Assembly: GCA_963847185.1 (NCBI GenBank)
Contig: CAWJYV010000010.1
Coordinates: 704,001-768,000 of the forward strand
Direction: 5' to 3'
Origin: an uncultured Methanosarcinaceae archaeon
GTDB lineage: Archaea; Halobacteriota; Methanosarcinia; Methanosarcinales; Methanosarcinaceae
DNA length: 64,000 nt
Positions 19,865-30,124 of this stretch are shown here, piece after piece. The notes beneath the pieces were generated by a model, which saw nothing but the letters and a program-made list of their open reading frames with translations, was not told the origin of the DNA and made no database searches. Both the position numbers and the translations under genes were made by a program. Position 1 is the stretch's first letter. The number at the start of each line of letters is the position of its first letter.

Positions 19865-20283
19865 TTTTCGGCACCATTTTATTTTATTTCTTACTTTATA
19901 TTTTGGTCTTCCCATTGCAAGTGGTGGTATTTTAATCTATTTTTTAATTTATTTCTTCATCCTTTCTTAATTTTTTAACCTCTTTTTAATCTTTTATTTT
20001 AAAGTCTCTAAATTTAATTTGCTTCTTTATCGAGACACATAGCCAAAGCCTTTTAGGTTTGCAGAAAAGAAATTATACGAAAAAAACAGGTAAATAAGGA
20101 GTATATAAAAGGAGTAGTAGATAAAGGAATAATTGTTGCAGATAAACAAACAACTAAAGTGAGCAAATAGCGCAGTAAATAACATGAGTAAGTGGATAAA
20201 ACGAATAACGAGTAAATGAAATGAATAAATGAAACGAGTAAAAATAAGTAATAAAATGGGAGTTATCTGAATCAGAAGCTGAA

Positions 20284-20844
20284 TCAGAACTCAACTTTTG
20301 GAACTTCCCTTTCGGCTTGCGTGGCTTCAAATAAGTCTTTTTTCTGGAATCCCAGCAAAGAAGCGACAATGTTTTTCGGAATTGTCTGGATACTGATATT
20401 GTATTTCATGACTGTATCATTATAAAATTGCCTTGCATAAGCAATTTTGTTTTCAGTCTCCATCAGGTCTTTCTGGAGCTGGATAAAGTTCTGGTTGGCT
20501 TTCAGGTCGGGATAATTTTCTGCAACTGCGAAAAGGGATTTCAGCGTAGAGGACAGGTAATTTGAAGCTTCTGCGGTTTCATTCACATTAGTTGCAGACA
20601 TTACTGCTGCCCTGGCTTTTGTAATGTTTTCGAAAAGAGTTTTTTCGTGTTTTGCATACCCTTTCACCGTTTCTATCAGATTGGGAATAAGATCATAACG
20701 CCTTTTCAGCTGGACTTCTATTTGAGCCCAGGCATTTTCTACTCTATTTCTTTGCTTTATTAGGTCATTATAAATTAGAACGAAGATAAAACCCAGAATT
20801 ATTACTGCTATTATCAAAATTTCTACTATCAAATACACCACCAT
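20284..20844 (-). CDS. lemA: LemA family protein
   Basis: N-terminal TM; [43 protein letters not shown]. Confidence 0.93.
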   Translation of the reverse strand: MVVYLIVEILIIAVIILGFIFVLIYNDLIKQRNRVENAWAQIEVQLKRRYDLIPNLIETVKGYAKHEKTLFENITKARAAVMSATNVNETAEASNYLSSTLKSLFAVAENYPDLKANQNFIQLQKDLMETENKIAYARQFYNDTVMKYNISIQTIPKNIVASLLGFQKKDLFEATQAEREVPKVEF

Positions 20845-20847
20845 CCT

Positions 20848-20948
20848 TTTTTCAAGCCTTCTCAAACCTTTCTCAAATTTTTTTCTCAAACGTTTTTCAA
20901 ACGTTTCTCAAGCCTTTTCCAAATTTTTCCCAAATTTTCTCTAAATTA
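20848..20948. repeat. Degenerate ~11-bp pyrimidine-rich tandem repeat (TTTCTCAAA-like)
   Basis: Seen between the DUF2207 gene and lemA. Confidence 0.6.
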
Positions 20949-20950
20949 CT

Positions 20951-22831
20951 TTACCTGGCACCGCCTCCGCCTCCACCGGCGCCTCCACCTACGCCGCCTA
21001 CTCCCCCGCCTCCGCTTCCTGAAGGGGCTGATGATGCATAGGCACTCCCAAAGCCGGATCCAAATTGAGCAAAACTATGGTGTATGAGATAGAAATTACT
21101 TCCCTGGAGCTGTTCAGCAGGCACGACAAGAGACATATTATGAAGGACTTCTTTTGCGACCCCCAGAGAAGTTGCATACACCAGATAAAAATCCCAGATC
21201 TTTATCGATTCAGGAGGGTGCTCTTCAAGAGCAGAAAAGTCTGTGAGATATTTTTTGAAATTGTCCCAGCGTTTGTAGTAAAGTCTTCCTTCAGGAGTCC
21301 AGCGCCCAAGTATCTTGTCGAAGATTCCTGAGAATACCAGCATAAATATCCCATACCCTAAGAAATAAGTGATTAAGATACTCATTTTTGAAGCCAGAAG
21401 GAGCTCGTCTGAAGGGAAATATGATGTGAATACAAATAAATAAACAAATGACACCAGTATTATTGTTAAAGAAAATATACCCATGTATGTATTTCCTGTG
21501 GATCTGAAGAGTTTCTCGAATGCGGCATGTGATTTGACTTTCTTATTCCATGCAGTGATAAATTCGTAGAAATCAGTACCTTTTCCAAGCTCTTTTTTCA
21601 GCTCATCCCAGGAGATTTTATCTTCGAAAGCATGTTTTTTTAATAAATTAAATACATCTTTTTCGAAATCATTCAGTTCGCGTATTTTTTCCATTTCTAT
21701 CGAAGAAGTTTTAGGGTCCTTAATTTCAATTATAATATCTTCAGATTCGGATTTTATAAGGCCTAATACACTGCTTTCTTCGGACTTTACAGTACGAAGA
21801 GAAATATAACCAAGATTAGCAAGGTCCATAACTGTTGCTGTAAAACCTTCTATTGTAGGGATACCTCCTTTTCCCCGCATGATAGCATTGACAACGGCAG
21901 GTCTGGAATCTGTAGGAGGTTCTCTCTCATATATTGCTTCATAATTTATTTTTGGCTCTCTTCCGTATTTGAAGTAAATAAAGAAGGGAAATGCCAGAGC
22001 TACTAGAGCAAACAATAATGTCAGATTATAAAGGCTCTTTAAGATGGAACCCTTCTTTTGATATTCATCTTCAATCGACTTTATCTGCTCAAGTCCCTCT
22101 TCATTATCTACCTGAACAATACTTGAATTGGGAGATTCTATTCTTGGAAAAACCGCTCGAATTTCGTACCATTGATTAGAGGGAATCTCGTTTGTCTCTA
22201 AACTGATAACACTCTTTTCTATATTCACCTGTTTTGTATAGCCAGTAGGGTGGAGCCAGTACTGAATTTCATTTTCGTTTTCTACTGGAAGGGTAATGTT
22301 TCCTTTTAAGCCTCCCAGGGGTTTTTCCCATTCTTCTCCCCAGAGTTTATAGTGAAATTCGGAAACATCCTTGTGGACTTTAACTGCGCCATAATGATCG
22401 TAAGAAACAAAAAAAGTCACTTTTTCAGGGGCAGGAGTTGGAAGCCCTCCTATTAACTCGTATCCTTCAGAAGTCGGTTTAACACTGAAGGTACATCCTT
22501 CTTCTGAACAATGTCCCTGGATATTCCGGATAGATTCCCCGGGAGCCACATTAAGTTTTCTGAAAACCTCGTGATAATCTCCGTCAAATGCATATGAAAT
22601 TGATTCCTCAACGTGAACTAACCCGCTGGGACTAATAATGATATTCGTTGTTGCTCCTTCCATCGCGTAGTCTTTTGCACTGGCTAAAGGTACCAGGCAG
22701 AGAAGAATAAGCAAAATAAGAGCTGTTTTCAAAACTTTAGAGCTAATCAAACCCGTAGAATTAATCAAATCCAGAGAACTAATATTTACTTCTCTGGCAG
22801 GTTCAGAAGAACCCTCTGAAAGCTTCAACAA
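20951..22831 (-). CDS. DUF2207 family membrane protein
   Basis: Extracellular domain, TM helices, W..FKKYL.DF, YLVYATSLGV and a Gly-rich GGGGGGAR tail; adjacent to lemA. Confidence 0.88.
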   Translation of the reverse strand: MLKLSEGSSEPAREVNISSLDLINSTGLISSKVLKTALILLILLCLVPLASAKDYAMEGATTNIIISPSGLVHVEESISYAFDGDYHEVFRKLNVAPGESIRNIQGHCSEEGCTFSVKPTSEGYELIGGLPTPAPEKVTFFVSYDHYGAVKVHKDVSEFHYKLWGEEWEKPLGGLKGNITLPVENENEIQYWLHPTGYTKQVNIEKSVISLETNEIPSNQWYEIRAVFPRIESPNSSIVQVDNEEGLEQIKSIEDEYQKKGSILKSLYNLTLLFALVALAFPFFIYFKYGREPKINYEAIYEREPPTDSRPAVVNAIMRGKGGIPTIEGFTATVMDLANLGYISLRTVKSEESSVLGLIKSESEDIIIEIKDPKTSSIEMEKIRELNDFEKDVFNLLKKHAFEDKISWDELKKELGKGTDFYEFITAWNKKVKSHAAFEKLFRSTGNTYMGIFSLTIILVSFVYLFVFTSYFPSDELLLASKMSILITYFLGYGIFMLVFSGIFDKILGRWTPEGRLYYKRWDNFKKYLTDFSALEEHPPESIKIWDFYLVYATSLGVAKEVLHNMSLVVPAEQLQGSNFYLIHHSFAQFGSGFGSAYASSAPSGSGGGGVGGVGGGAGGGGGGAR

Positions 22832-23096
22832 AATTCCTCCAACTCTTAATTATTCTCTGAATATTAATATTTTGCCAGAGTTTACCTGGTTAATATGAAA
22901 AAACAAAAAAAGTGGAGAAAAAAGGAATTTCTTACAAGCTCTATTTAATGCTGCTCTTAAGGAAAAGATCCGTTTTAAGTAGTCTATTTCCGGACGTGTA
23001 AGTTATGTCAGCCTAGAAATCTTTCAAGCCCTTTTGGCTGCTGATTTTTTGCATTTTGGTTCCGGTTTTTTCCGGAAGCTAAAACTATTTATTTGC

Positions 23097-25001
23097 TTAA
23101 TCGGTGTCTCCTCCACTCCCCCTTCCGCCTCCATCATCTATGCTGCCTGCTCCATCTTCATGAACGGGTGAAGAATAGACACCCTCAAAATCATAGTCAG
23201 CATAGTTATAATTATAAATTATAGAAAATAAATGGATCTCTTTTAACTGTTCAGGCGGAACAATCGCAGACATGTTCTCAAGGACTTTTTTTACAACTCC
23301 CAGAGAAGTTGCATAAACCAGATAAGAATTCCAGTTCTTTACTGATTCAGGAGGTTGATCTTTAAGAGCAGAGAGATCAGTTAGATATTTTTTGAAATTA
23401 TCCCATCTTTTATAGTAAATACTTCCTTCAGGGGTCCAGTGTCCGAATATCGTTATGATCATTCCCGAGTACTCCATCATAACGAACCCGAAAATCCCGA
23501 TTAAAGCAGTCAGTACATTAACCCTCGACGCTAGAGGAAACTCGGTTGGAGGGAAATATTTAGTAATCGCAATATAATAGATAATTGCAGCTACTAATAT
23601 GAACCTGGAAAACCAATTCATATACGTGATCCCTATTGATTGAAAGAGTTTACCAATCTCAATATGGGATTTAACTTTCTTATTCCAGGAAGTAATAAAT
23701 TGATAAAAATCGGTTCCTGTCCCGAGCTCTTTTTTAAACTTGCTCCAGGAAATCTCTTTATTTTCAGAAGCATGTTCTTTCAATAAATAGAGCGCGTCTT
23801 TTTCGAAATCTTCCAGTTCTGATAAGCTTCCTTCAGATTTAGAGTATATCTCATTGTTTATAAGTTGTATTGCAAAGTCCCTGGACTCGGATTTTGGAAT
23901 ACTTGAGGTGAATTTTTGGATGCATAACGAAGATTTCGGAATGCTTGATGAATTTCCTTCTTCGGGTATTAAATTGCTCAGAGAAATATAGCCGCGGTTA
24001 GCAAGATCCATAACTGTTGCGAAAAATCCTTCTATCTGAGGAATACCCATCCTTCCTTTCATAATAGCGTTGACTACGGCAGGTTTGGAATCTGTGGGAG
24101 GCTTTCTTTCATATATTTCTTCGTAACTTCCGAATGTTTCTTGATAATCTATTTTTGGCTCTCTTCCGTAAAGCAGGTATATGACGAAAGGAAAAGCCAG
24201 GATAAGAAGTAAAAAGTAAACCGTAAATCTGTAAATATTTTTTAAATACAAATCTTTCTGCTGATATTCTTTCTCAATAGCTAATATTTCCTCAAGACCC
24301 TCTTTATCATCCACTTGAACAAAACTGGAATTGGGATACATGATTCTTGGAAAAATCACTCTTATTTTATACCATTGAGATGAGGGAATTTTTTTTGCCT
24401 TAAAGTTGATAACATTATTTTCAATATTGAACTCCTGTGTATACACAGGAGGGTGAATCCAATACCGAATTTCATTTTCATTGTTCACAGGAAAAGCAAT
24501 CCTTCCGCTTAAGTTTTCCACAGGCTTTTCCCATTCTCCACCCCACAGCTTGTAGTGGAATTCAGAGGTATCGCTGTAGACCTTGACCGCACCATGAAGA
24601 TCGTAAGAAGTAAAAAGCGTCAATTTTTTAGGGCTGGGCTTTGGAAGTTCACCTACTAACCTGTATCCTTCAGGAGTCCGTTCGACTCTAAATTCACAGG
24701 CTTCGTCCGAACAATGTCCCTTGATGTTATAAATGGATTGTCCGGGCAGCGCCTTGAGTTCTCTATGAACGTCAATGTACTCTCCGTCAAATGCATATAA
24801 GATTGCCTCCTTAATATGAACTACACCATTAGGGTCAACAGTTATATTTGTTGTAGCTCCCTCCAGTGAGTACCTCGCACTGGCTGAAGGCACAGAATAA
24901 AGAACAAGCAAAATAAGCAGAATAAGAATAACTGTTTTCAATATCATTGAATCGATACTTGCTTCTCCTACAGGCTCAGGAGAACCATTTGAGAACCTCA
25001 A
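23097..25001 (-). CDS. DUF2207 family membrane protein, tandem paralog
   Basis: Colinear with 20951-22831 (GHCS..C, SEFHYKLWG.EWEKP, YYKRWDNFKKYLTD). Confidence 0.88.
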   Translation of the reverse strand: MRFSNGSPEPVGEASIDSMILKTVILILLILLVLYSVPSASARYSLEGATTNITVDPNGVVHIKEAILYAFDGEYIDVHRELKALPGQSIYNIKGHCSDEACEFRVERTPEGYRLVGELPKPSPKKLTLFTSYDLHGAVKVYSDTSEFHYKLWGGEWEKPVENLSGRIAFPVNNENEIRYWIHPPVYTQEFNIENNVINFKAKKIPSSQWYKIRVIFPRIMYPNSSFVQVDDKEGLEEILAIEKEYQQKDLYLKNIYRFTVYFLLLILAFPFVIYLLYGREPKIDYQETFGSYEEIYERKPPTDSKPAVVNAIMKGRMGIPQIEGFFATVMDLANRGYISLSNLIPEEGNSSSIPKSSLCIQKFTSSIPKSESRDFAIQLINNEIYSKSEGSLSELEDFEKDALYLLKEHASENKEISWSKFKKELGTGTDFYQFITSWNKKVKSHIEIGKLFQSIGITYMNWFSRFILVAAIIYYIAITKYFPPTEFPLASRVNVLTALIGIFGFVMMEYSGMIITIFGHWTPEGSIYYKRWDNFKKYLTDLSALKDQPPESVKNWNSYLVYATSLGVVKKVLENMSAIVPPEQLKEIHLFSIIYNYNYADYDFEGVYSSPVHEDGAGSIDDGGGRGSGGDTD

Positions 25002-25030
25002 TCAAGTTTCCTCCCACTCCATATATTTCT

Positions 25031-25290
25031 GAATACGAGTATCCAGATTTTTCGTCCCTGTACTAGTTCTAAATACGAGTATCCAGGATTCCCTTCCCTG
25101 AACTATTTATGAATACGAGTATCCAGAATTCACTTCCCTGAACTATTTCTGGTACTGGTATCCAGAATTCTCTTCCCTGAACTATTTCTGGTACTGGTAT
25201 CCAGAATTCTCTTCCCTGAACTATTTCTGGATACTGTGTATCCAGAATTCTCCTCCCCACACTATTTCCGAATACTATATTCTCCAGAAT
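25031..25290. repeat. ~39-40-bp tandem repeat (~6 copies), best-preserved units with an internal inverted repeat
   Basis: Unit GTATCCAGAATTCTCTTCCCTGAACTATTTCTGGTACTG; CCAGAA/TTCTGG arms; no unique spacers. Confidence 0.88.
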
Positions 25291-25490
25291 CCACTTAATA
25301 CTTTGTTCCAACTGGCTTGCAGACGCTTATTTATTTTAAATTTGGCAATTGCTTTTGATCCGGGGCTGTTTTACCTGCATTTTGAGGCATTTATCTATAA
25401 ATATGCAAATATATTGAGCATGCTGAAGCATCTGTCTAAAAATCGAGAACAATCGAAAAGAAGTTAAAGAGAAGATCTGATAGTTAATTA

Positions 25491-27698
25491 ATGCAAATAG
25501 AAAAACATATTTTTGGGGTTTTTTTTGTGTGGCAAGTAAATAAGACCGAAATAATGTTATTTTCATTATTATCTGCATTTTTTGTATTAATGGCAGGGTC
25601 CGGAATAAGTGCTGCAGCCGAGTTTATCGTACATGACGGTGAATCGATACAGTTAGTTGTGGATAATGCGACGTCAGATGATACAATAATCGTAGAACCT
25701 GGTACGTATAATGAGAGTGTTACTGTCCAGTCACCGATTACAATAATGTCTGAATCTGGAAATCCGAAGGATACGATAATTCAGGGTTCCGGCTTCAGCC
25801 TTTACGCAGGCAACGTAGCTATTAAAGGCTTCACCTTAAAAGGTGACGGTGAGTCGACTGGAGTCTTTCTATCTGATTCGACTATTAGTTGCATAATTGA
25901 AAACAACAATATACTGGATTACGATACCGGTATTAGCACATCAATATATTGTTCAGGTACTGCAGTTAACAATAATGAAATTTCAAATTGTGGCAAAGGC
26001 GTAGAAATAGGGGAATCCTGGGATAACCTTGTTAGTAATAATGAAATCTCAAATTGTGATATCGGCGTTATCATTAATGATCTGGCATCAGTTGACATTA
26101 ATAGTAATACGATTACTGATAATGGTGTCGGAGTCTCTATTACAGGTGACTGTAATGTGTCCATTGTAGGCAATATTATAAGTTTCAATAGTGAATGCGG
26201 TCTTTATAATAACGCATACGGTAGTAACACAATCTACAACAACCTTTTCAACAATACAAAAAACGTGGTTTTTGATGAGTTTCACCAGGCGCCTGATAAC
26301 TGGAATACGACAAAAAACAAAGATATGAACATTATCGGCGGGCCCTACATTGCAGGGAACTACTGGGCAGAGCCTGAAGGTGTGGGTTTTAGTCAGCTTA
26401 ATTATGATACTAATAGTGATGGTGTAGCCAATGAGCCTTATACTATCGATGGAGAAGATACCGACTTCACGCCTCTGGTAACCCTGGAGAAACAAGCAGA
26501 ACCCGTACTTCCTGTTGCAAACTTCAAGGCAAATACGAGTCAGGGACCTGCTCCTCTTTCAGTTTCATTCACTGATCTTTCCAAAAATGCAGTTTCATGG
26601 AGCTGGGACTTTGAAAACGATGGAAAAATTGACTCTACAGCCAAAAACGGAGTTCACGTGTATACAGCTCCTGGATCTTATAAAGTCAACCATACTGTAA
26701 AAAGCGAAGCTGGAACAGTCTCAAAACTGATTACGATAAATGTTACGGAAGCTGTTAATAATAAGTCAGGAAATAATGGGACTTCAAGCACCGGGATTAC
26801 TAAAAATAATGGGAATAGCTGGGATAATGCAACCGACGGTGGAAACAATAGTATAGATAATGGAAATAACAGTATAAATGATGTAAACAGTAGCGTAGGC
26901 AATGGAAATAGCAGTATAAGTAATGGAAATGGCAGCGTAGACAGTAGCATTAATGGAGATAATGGAAACTCTGGCGAGAGTGGAAGCAGCGGAAGTGATG
27001 GCGGAAGCAGTGGTGGAGGTGCAGGTGGTTCTCCTGAACCTGCAGAAAATATAGAAGTAAAAGAACTTTCACAGGCGTTTATCACAAACGGAGAAGAGAC
27101 CAAGTTTGATTTCTCACAAAATGCGACCTGCGTTGTATATGTCAGTTTTGATGCAAAGAAGACTTTGGGAAAAATAACAACCACTGCCGAGATGCTGAAA
27201 GGAAAATCAGCTCTGGTTTCGGAACTGCCTGAAGGTGAGGTCTACAAGTCCTTTAATGTCTGGGTTGGAAACGGAGGAATTGCGACCTCTAGTAATATGG
27301 AAAACCTGACAATGTGCTTCAAGGTTGAGAAGTCCTGGCTGCAGGATAAAAGTATAGATCCGATATCAATCACCCTTAACTGGTATAATGGGAAAAAATG
27401 GGAACAGTTCCCGGTTACTATAACAGAGGAAGATGCAAATTATCTGTACTTCACAGCCAATGTCTCTGGGTACTCTTCCTTTGCAATAACAGGCTCAATA
27501 GCAGGTTCAGCAACAGATTCAGTAACTGGAAAGGTAAAAAGCTATCTTGAGCAACAAGAATCTTCTGAAGAGGAAAACAGCTTGCTGAGCACCAGGTCGG
27601 CAAGACTAACCAGTGAAACTGACAAGAGTGCTCCAGGTTTTGAAATAATTTTCGGAATTGTCTGTCTGCTCGGTAATTTCATTTACAGGAGAAAATAA
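25491..27698 (+). CDS. Surface glycoprotein: NosD-like beta-helix, PKD, N/G/S linker, PGF-pre-PGF domain, PGF-CTERM
   Basis: GGAGGSPEPAENIEVKELSQAFI (PGF-pre-PGF) and C-terminal KSAPGFEIIFGIVCLLGNFIYRRK archaeosortase signal; true start may be slightly downstream. Confidence 0.9.
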   Translation: MQIEKHIFGVFFVWQVNKTEIMLFSLLSAFFVLMAGSGISAAAEFIVHDGESIQLVVDNATSDDTIIVEPGTYNESVTVQSPITIMSESGNPKDTIIQGSGFSLYAGNVAIKGFTLKGDGESTGVFLSDSTISCIIENNNILDYDTGISTSIYCSGTAVNNNEISNCGKGVEIGESWDNLVSNNEISNCDIGVIINDLASVDINSNTITDNGVGVSITGDCNVSIVGNIISFNSECGLYNNAYGSNTIYNNLFNNTKNVVFDEFHQAPDNWNTTKNKDMNIIGGPYIAGNYWAEPEGVGFSQLNYDTNSDGVANEPYTIDGEDTDFTPLVTLEKQAEPVLPVANFKANTSQGPAPLSVSFTDLSKNAVSWSWDFENDGKIDSTAKNGVHVYTAPGSYKVNHTVKSEAGTVSKLITINVTEAVNNKSGNNGTSSTGITKNNGNSWDNATDGGNNSIDNGNNSINDVNSSVGNGNSSISNGNGSVDSSINGDNGNSGESGSSGSDGGSSGGGAGGSPEPAENIEVKELSQAFITNGEETKFDFSQNATCVVYVSFDAKKTLGKITTTAEMLKGKSALVSELPEGEVYKSFNVWVGNGGIATSSNMENLTMCFKVEKSWLQDKSIDPISITLNWYNGKKWEQFPVTITEEDANYLYFTANVSGYSSFAITGSIAGSATDSVTGKVKSYLEQQESSEEENSLLSTRSARLTSETDKSAPGFEIIFGIVCLLGNFIYRRK

Positions 27699-27798
27699 TG
27701 AGGTGAAGGAATCCTCCTTCATCTTTAACTTTTTTAAGTAAAAAAGGAAAAATTAATATTTCTGCTGTTATTCCCTAATTGATCGGAAGATTACCCTC

Positions 27799-28938
27799 TC
27801 AATTCACAGGCTTTTTGAGACGAGCCATGAAACCTTCGGAATCTGTATTGTGATATTTCTTTTTTCCCAGCAGGAAGGGAAAATAATTATTGATCAGGAA
27901 AATCACAGGTATCAGGCAGAGAAGGTTCAGTACCGTTAGGCTCAGAGCAAAACCAGTATTATAATAGAAGTATTCAGTATCTACACCTAAAACGATAACT
28001 ACAAGCTTTGTAAAGACATCTTTTAGAGGGAAATGAAGTGCAAGTATAGTCAGACTGTTTCTTCCATAATACTCAAGCACCTTTGAACTTCCTATTTTCT
28101 TGGAAAGGTAGACAAAACTAAATATTCCTGCGAAAGCCAACAGGTAAAAAGAAAAGAAGCCTCCATATTGCAAAACGTTCATGTTAACTTTGTTATCTGT
28201 TGGAAATTTCAGCAGGTATCCGAGATACAGCAGGCTCAAAAGAATTGCAATAGCAGTTAAATACTTCTCAACTCTGGAGAACTTCTCTATAAATCCTGAA
28301 TTAAATTTCAGACTAAAACGTGCTCCTAACTCTTTTTCTGGTTCTATGGCTTTTCTAAATAGATTTCCAGCTCCATAAAAGACTATTGCAGCCAGAGCAA
28401 CATCTACATTCCAGGGTATTCTGAAAGGCACATAAACCGAATAAAGGTATCCTATCACTCCGGCTATAGCAAGCCAGAATACAAGTTTTTTCGGCTCTCT
28501 ATAGTACTTCTTTATAAGTCCATAAAAGAGAAGTTCTGTCACAAAAAGACACGTCAAGAACCAGAGAGGTGGATTATAAGAAACTGCAGGACCAAATGCG
28601 ACAAGAATATGAGAAGTTCCATGAAGTATGCTGTTTTCAAAAAACTCAATATTTATGACTCCTGGCTGGAATGCCGTATCCAGCAAAAAGTAAAACAAGC
28701 CAGTGATTACTGCAAAACAGAAATAAGGAACTATAAGAGACCTGAATCTTCCCTTTACAAAATTTGCAGATGATTCTGCGTACTTCCCGAAATCGAACAG
28801 AAATCCTGAAATAAAAAAGAATAGCGGCATGTGAAACGAAAAGATGTAAGTGTCAAGCGCTACAGGTAAGCTATGGTGTGCAAACACCACAAGCATGATC
28901 CCAATCCCTTTTAAGGCATCAATCCATTGAAGTCTCAT
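27799..28938 (-). CDS. Acyltransferase family 3 (membrane O-acetyltransferase)
   Basis: RLQWIDALKGIGIMLVVFAH, FHMPLFFFISG, LWFLTCLF, YGRNSL..LALH. Confidence 0.9.
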   Translation of the reverse strand: MRLQWIDALKGIGIMLVVFAHHSLPVALDTYIFSFHMPLFFFISGFLFDFGKYAESSANFVKGRFRSLIVPYFCFAVITGLFYFLLDTAFQPGVINIEFFENSILHGTSHILVAFGPAVSYNPPLWFLTCLFVTELLFYGLIKKYYREPKKLVFWLAIAGVIGYLYSVYVPFRIPWNVDVALAAIVFYGAGNLFRKAIEPEKELGARFSLKFNSGFIEKFSRVEKYLTAIAILLSLLYLGYLLKFPTDNKVNMNVLQYGGFFSFYLLAFAGIFSFVYLSKKIGSSKVLEYYGRNSLTILALHFPLKDVFTKLVVIVLGVDTEYFYYNTGFALSLTVLNLLCLIPVIFLINNYFPFLLGKKKYHNTDSEGFMARLKKPVN

Positions 28939-29016
28939 ATTAACCTAAAAGATTAACAGTGTTTATATAATAAAAATGTTTGTTTGCTATTTTGGGTTTA
29001 TGACATTCTTTTAGAT

Positions 29017-29060
29017 TTGCATAAATATGACTCCAAATTAAACTTGCATAAATATGACTC
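29017..29060. promoter_or_regulatory. 17-bp direct repeat TTGCATAAATATGACTC x2, possible operator
   Basis: Copies at 29017-29033 and 29044-29060, between the acyltransferase gene and the divergent sRNA promoter. Confidence 0.4.
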
Positions 29061-29127
29061 TATGTTTGATTTGAAATTTTTAATTTGAAAATATTATTTG
29101 TTTGAAAACAATTTTTTGTATAATTAA

Positions 29128-29136
29128 TTTAAAATA
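29128..29136 (+). promoter_or_regulatory. Archaeal TATA box of sRNA copy B
   Basis: TTTAAAATA 23 nt before GGAGTTGGG. Confidence 0.6.
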
Positions 29137-29158
29137 ATTTATCTTATTAGTATAGTCC

Positions 29159-29317
29159 GGAGTTGGGAAGTAGAATTGGGGGTATCGTCTACCACAAAAA
29201 GAATCGCCTGGAAGCCACAAATCCTTTTTCGAACAATTACGCTTGGGGGAGCATAAATTCGAAGAGGCTGTATTGGGGGATACAGTGAACGGATGAAGTG
29301 CTTCTGGGCTTCTTCTT
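29159..29317 (+). ncRNA. Structured sRNA candidate, copy B (three UGGGGG-loop hairpins)
   Basis: Paralog of 3560-3716 with compensatory changes; closing stem GCCTGGAAGC(C)AC/GTGCTTCTGGGC. Confidence 0.75.
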
Positions 29318-29409
29318 ATTCTTCTTATTCTTCTTATTCTTCTTATTCTTCTTATTCTTCTTATTCTTCTTATTCTTCTTATTCTCCTTATTCTTCTTAT
29401 TCTCCTTAT
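29310..29409. repeat. (TTCTTCTTA)n 9-bp microsatellite, ~11 units
   Basis: Seen directly; expands the pyrimidine tract at the sRNA 3' end. Confidence 0.9.
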
Positions 29410-30124
29410 ACTATTCTTTTTGCTGCATTTAACTCTCTAATTATGGTTTTCTAGATGTTCTTTTATCTTAATCCGATTTACTAATTATTTTTTTGATCCT
29501 TATCGCATCAAGAACTCTTATATTTCAATATACAGATTGATTAAATGTATAATTCTTTCAATCGATTTTCACTTATTTGGCGTGAAAGTTCTTTCAACTA
29601 CTTTCATGTTTTTGTGCATGTTATTCAAAGAATATCATATCCGTTTTCTGAATAAATCAGCTGTTTCGTCTTCTGATCCTATTAATAACTTCTTGGATAT
29701 GCAAAAATATAGTTTTATCTTCGGATCGAGCAAATTATTATAAATATATACATATAATTATTTACAGATCATTTTTGTGGCATAGAAAACATTTACAAGT
29801 TTTTGTCACATTGGATCAAACCGTAATTTTATCGAATAAAAACTAGGTTTTTGCAGCAGTATAAATATGCAAAATTACTTCACAAAATCAAGGAATTAAT
29901 TCCAGGAGAATTACCAAAATTCTGCAATCGATTGCTGATTTGACTTACAAAGGATTTTCAACACACATTTTCATTAAGGCTATCGGTCTGATTTAATAAT
30001 AATGTCAGTTATCTGTAGAAGTGAATCAGATAAGTATTGAAATTTTAAGGCAGTTTGGTACATAGATTGACATCTCAAATCAATGCATTTTTTGACTTTA
30101 TCCATTAAAATCGGAGAAAAGTAG

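Noticed and set aside
25031-25290. CRISPR array
   Set aside because: Units are contiguous with no unique spacers, and there are no cas genes.
25069-25311. 80-aa repeat protein (PEIVQGREFWIPV)n
   Set aside because: Product of the 39-bp repeat; neighbouring 40-bp units break the frame.
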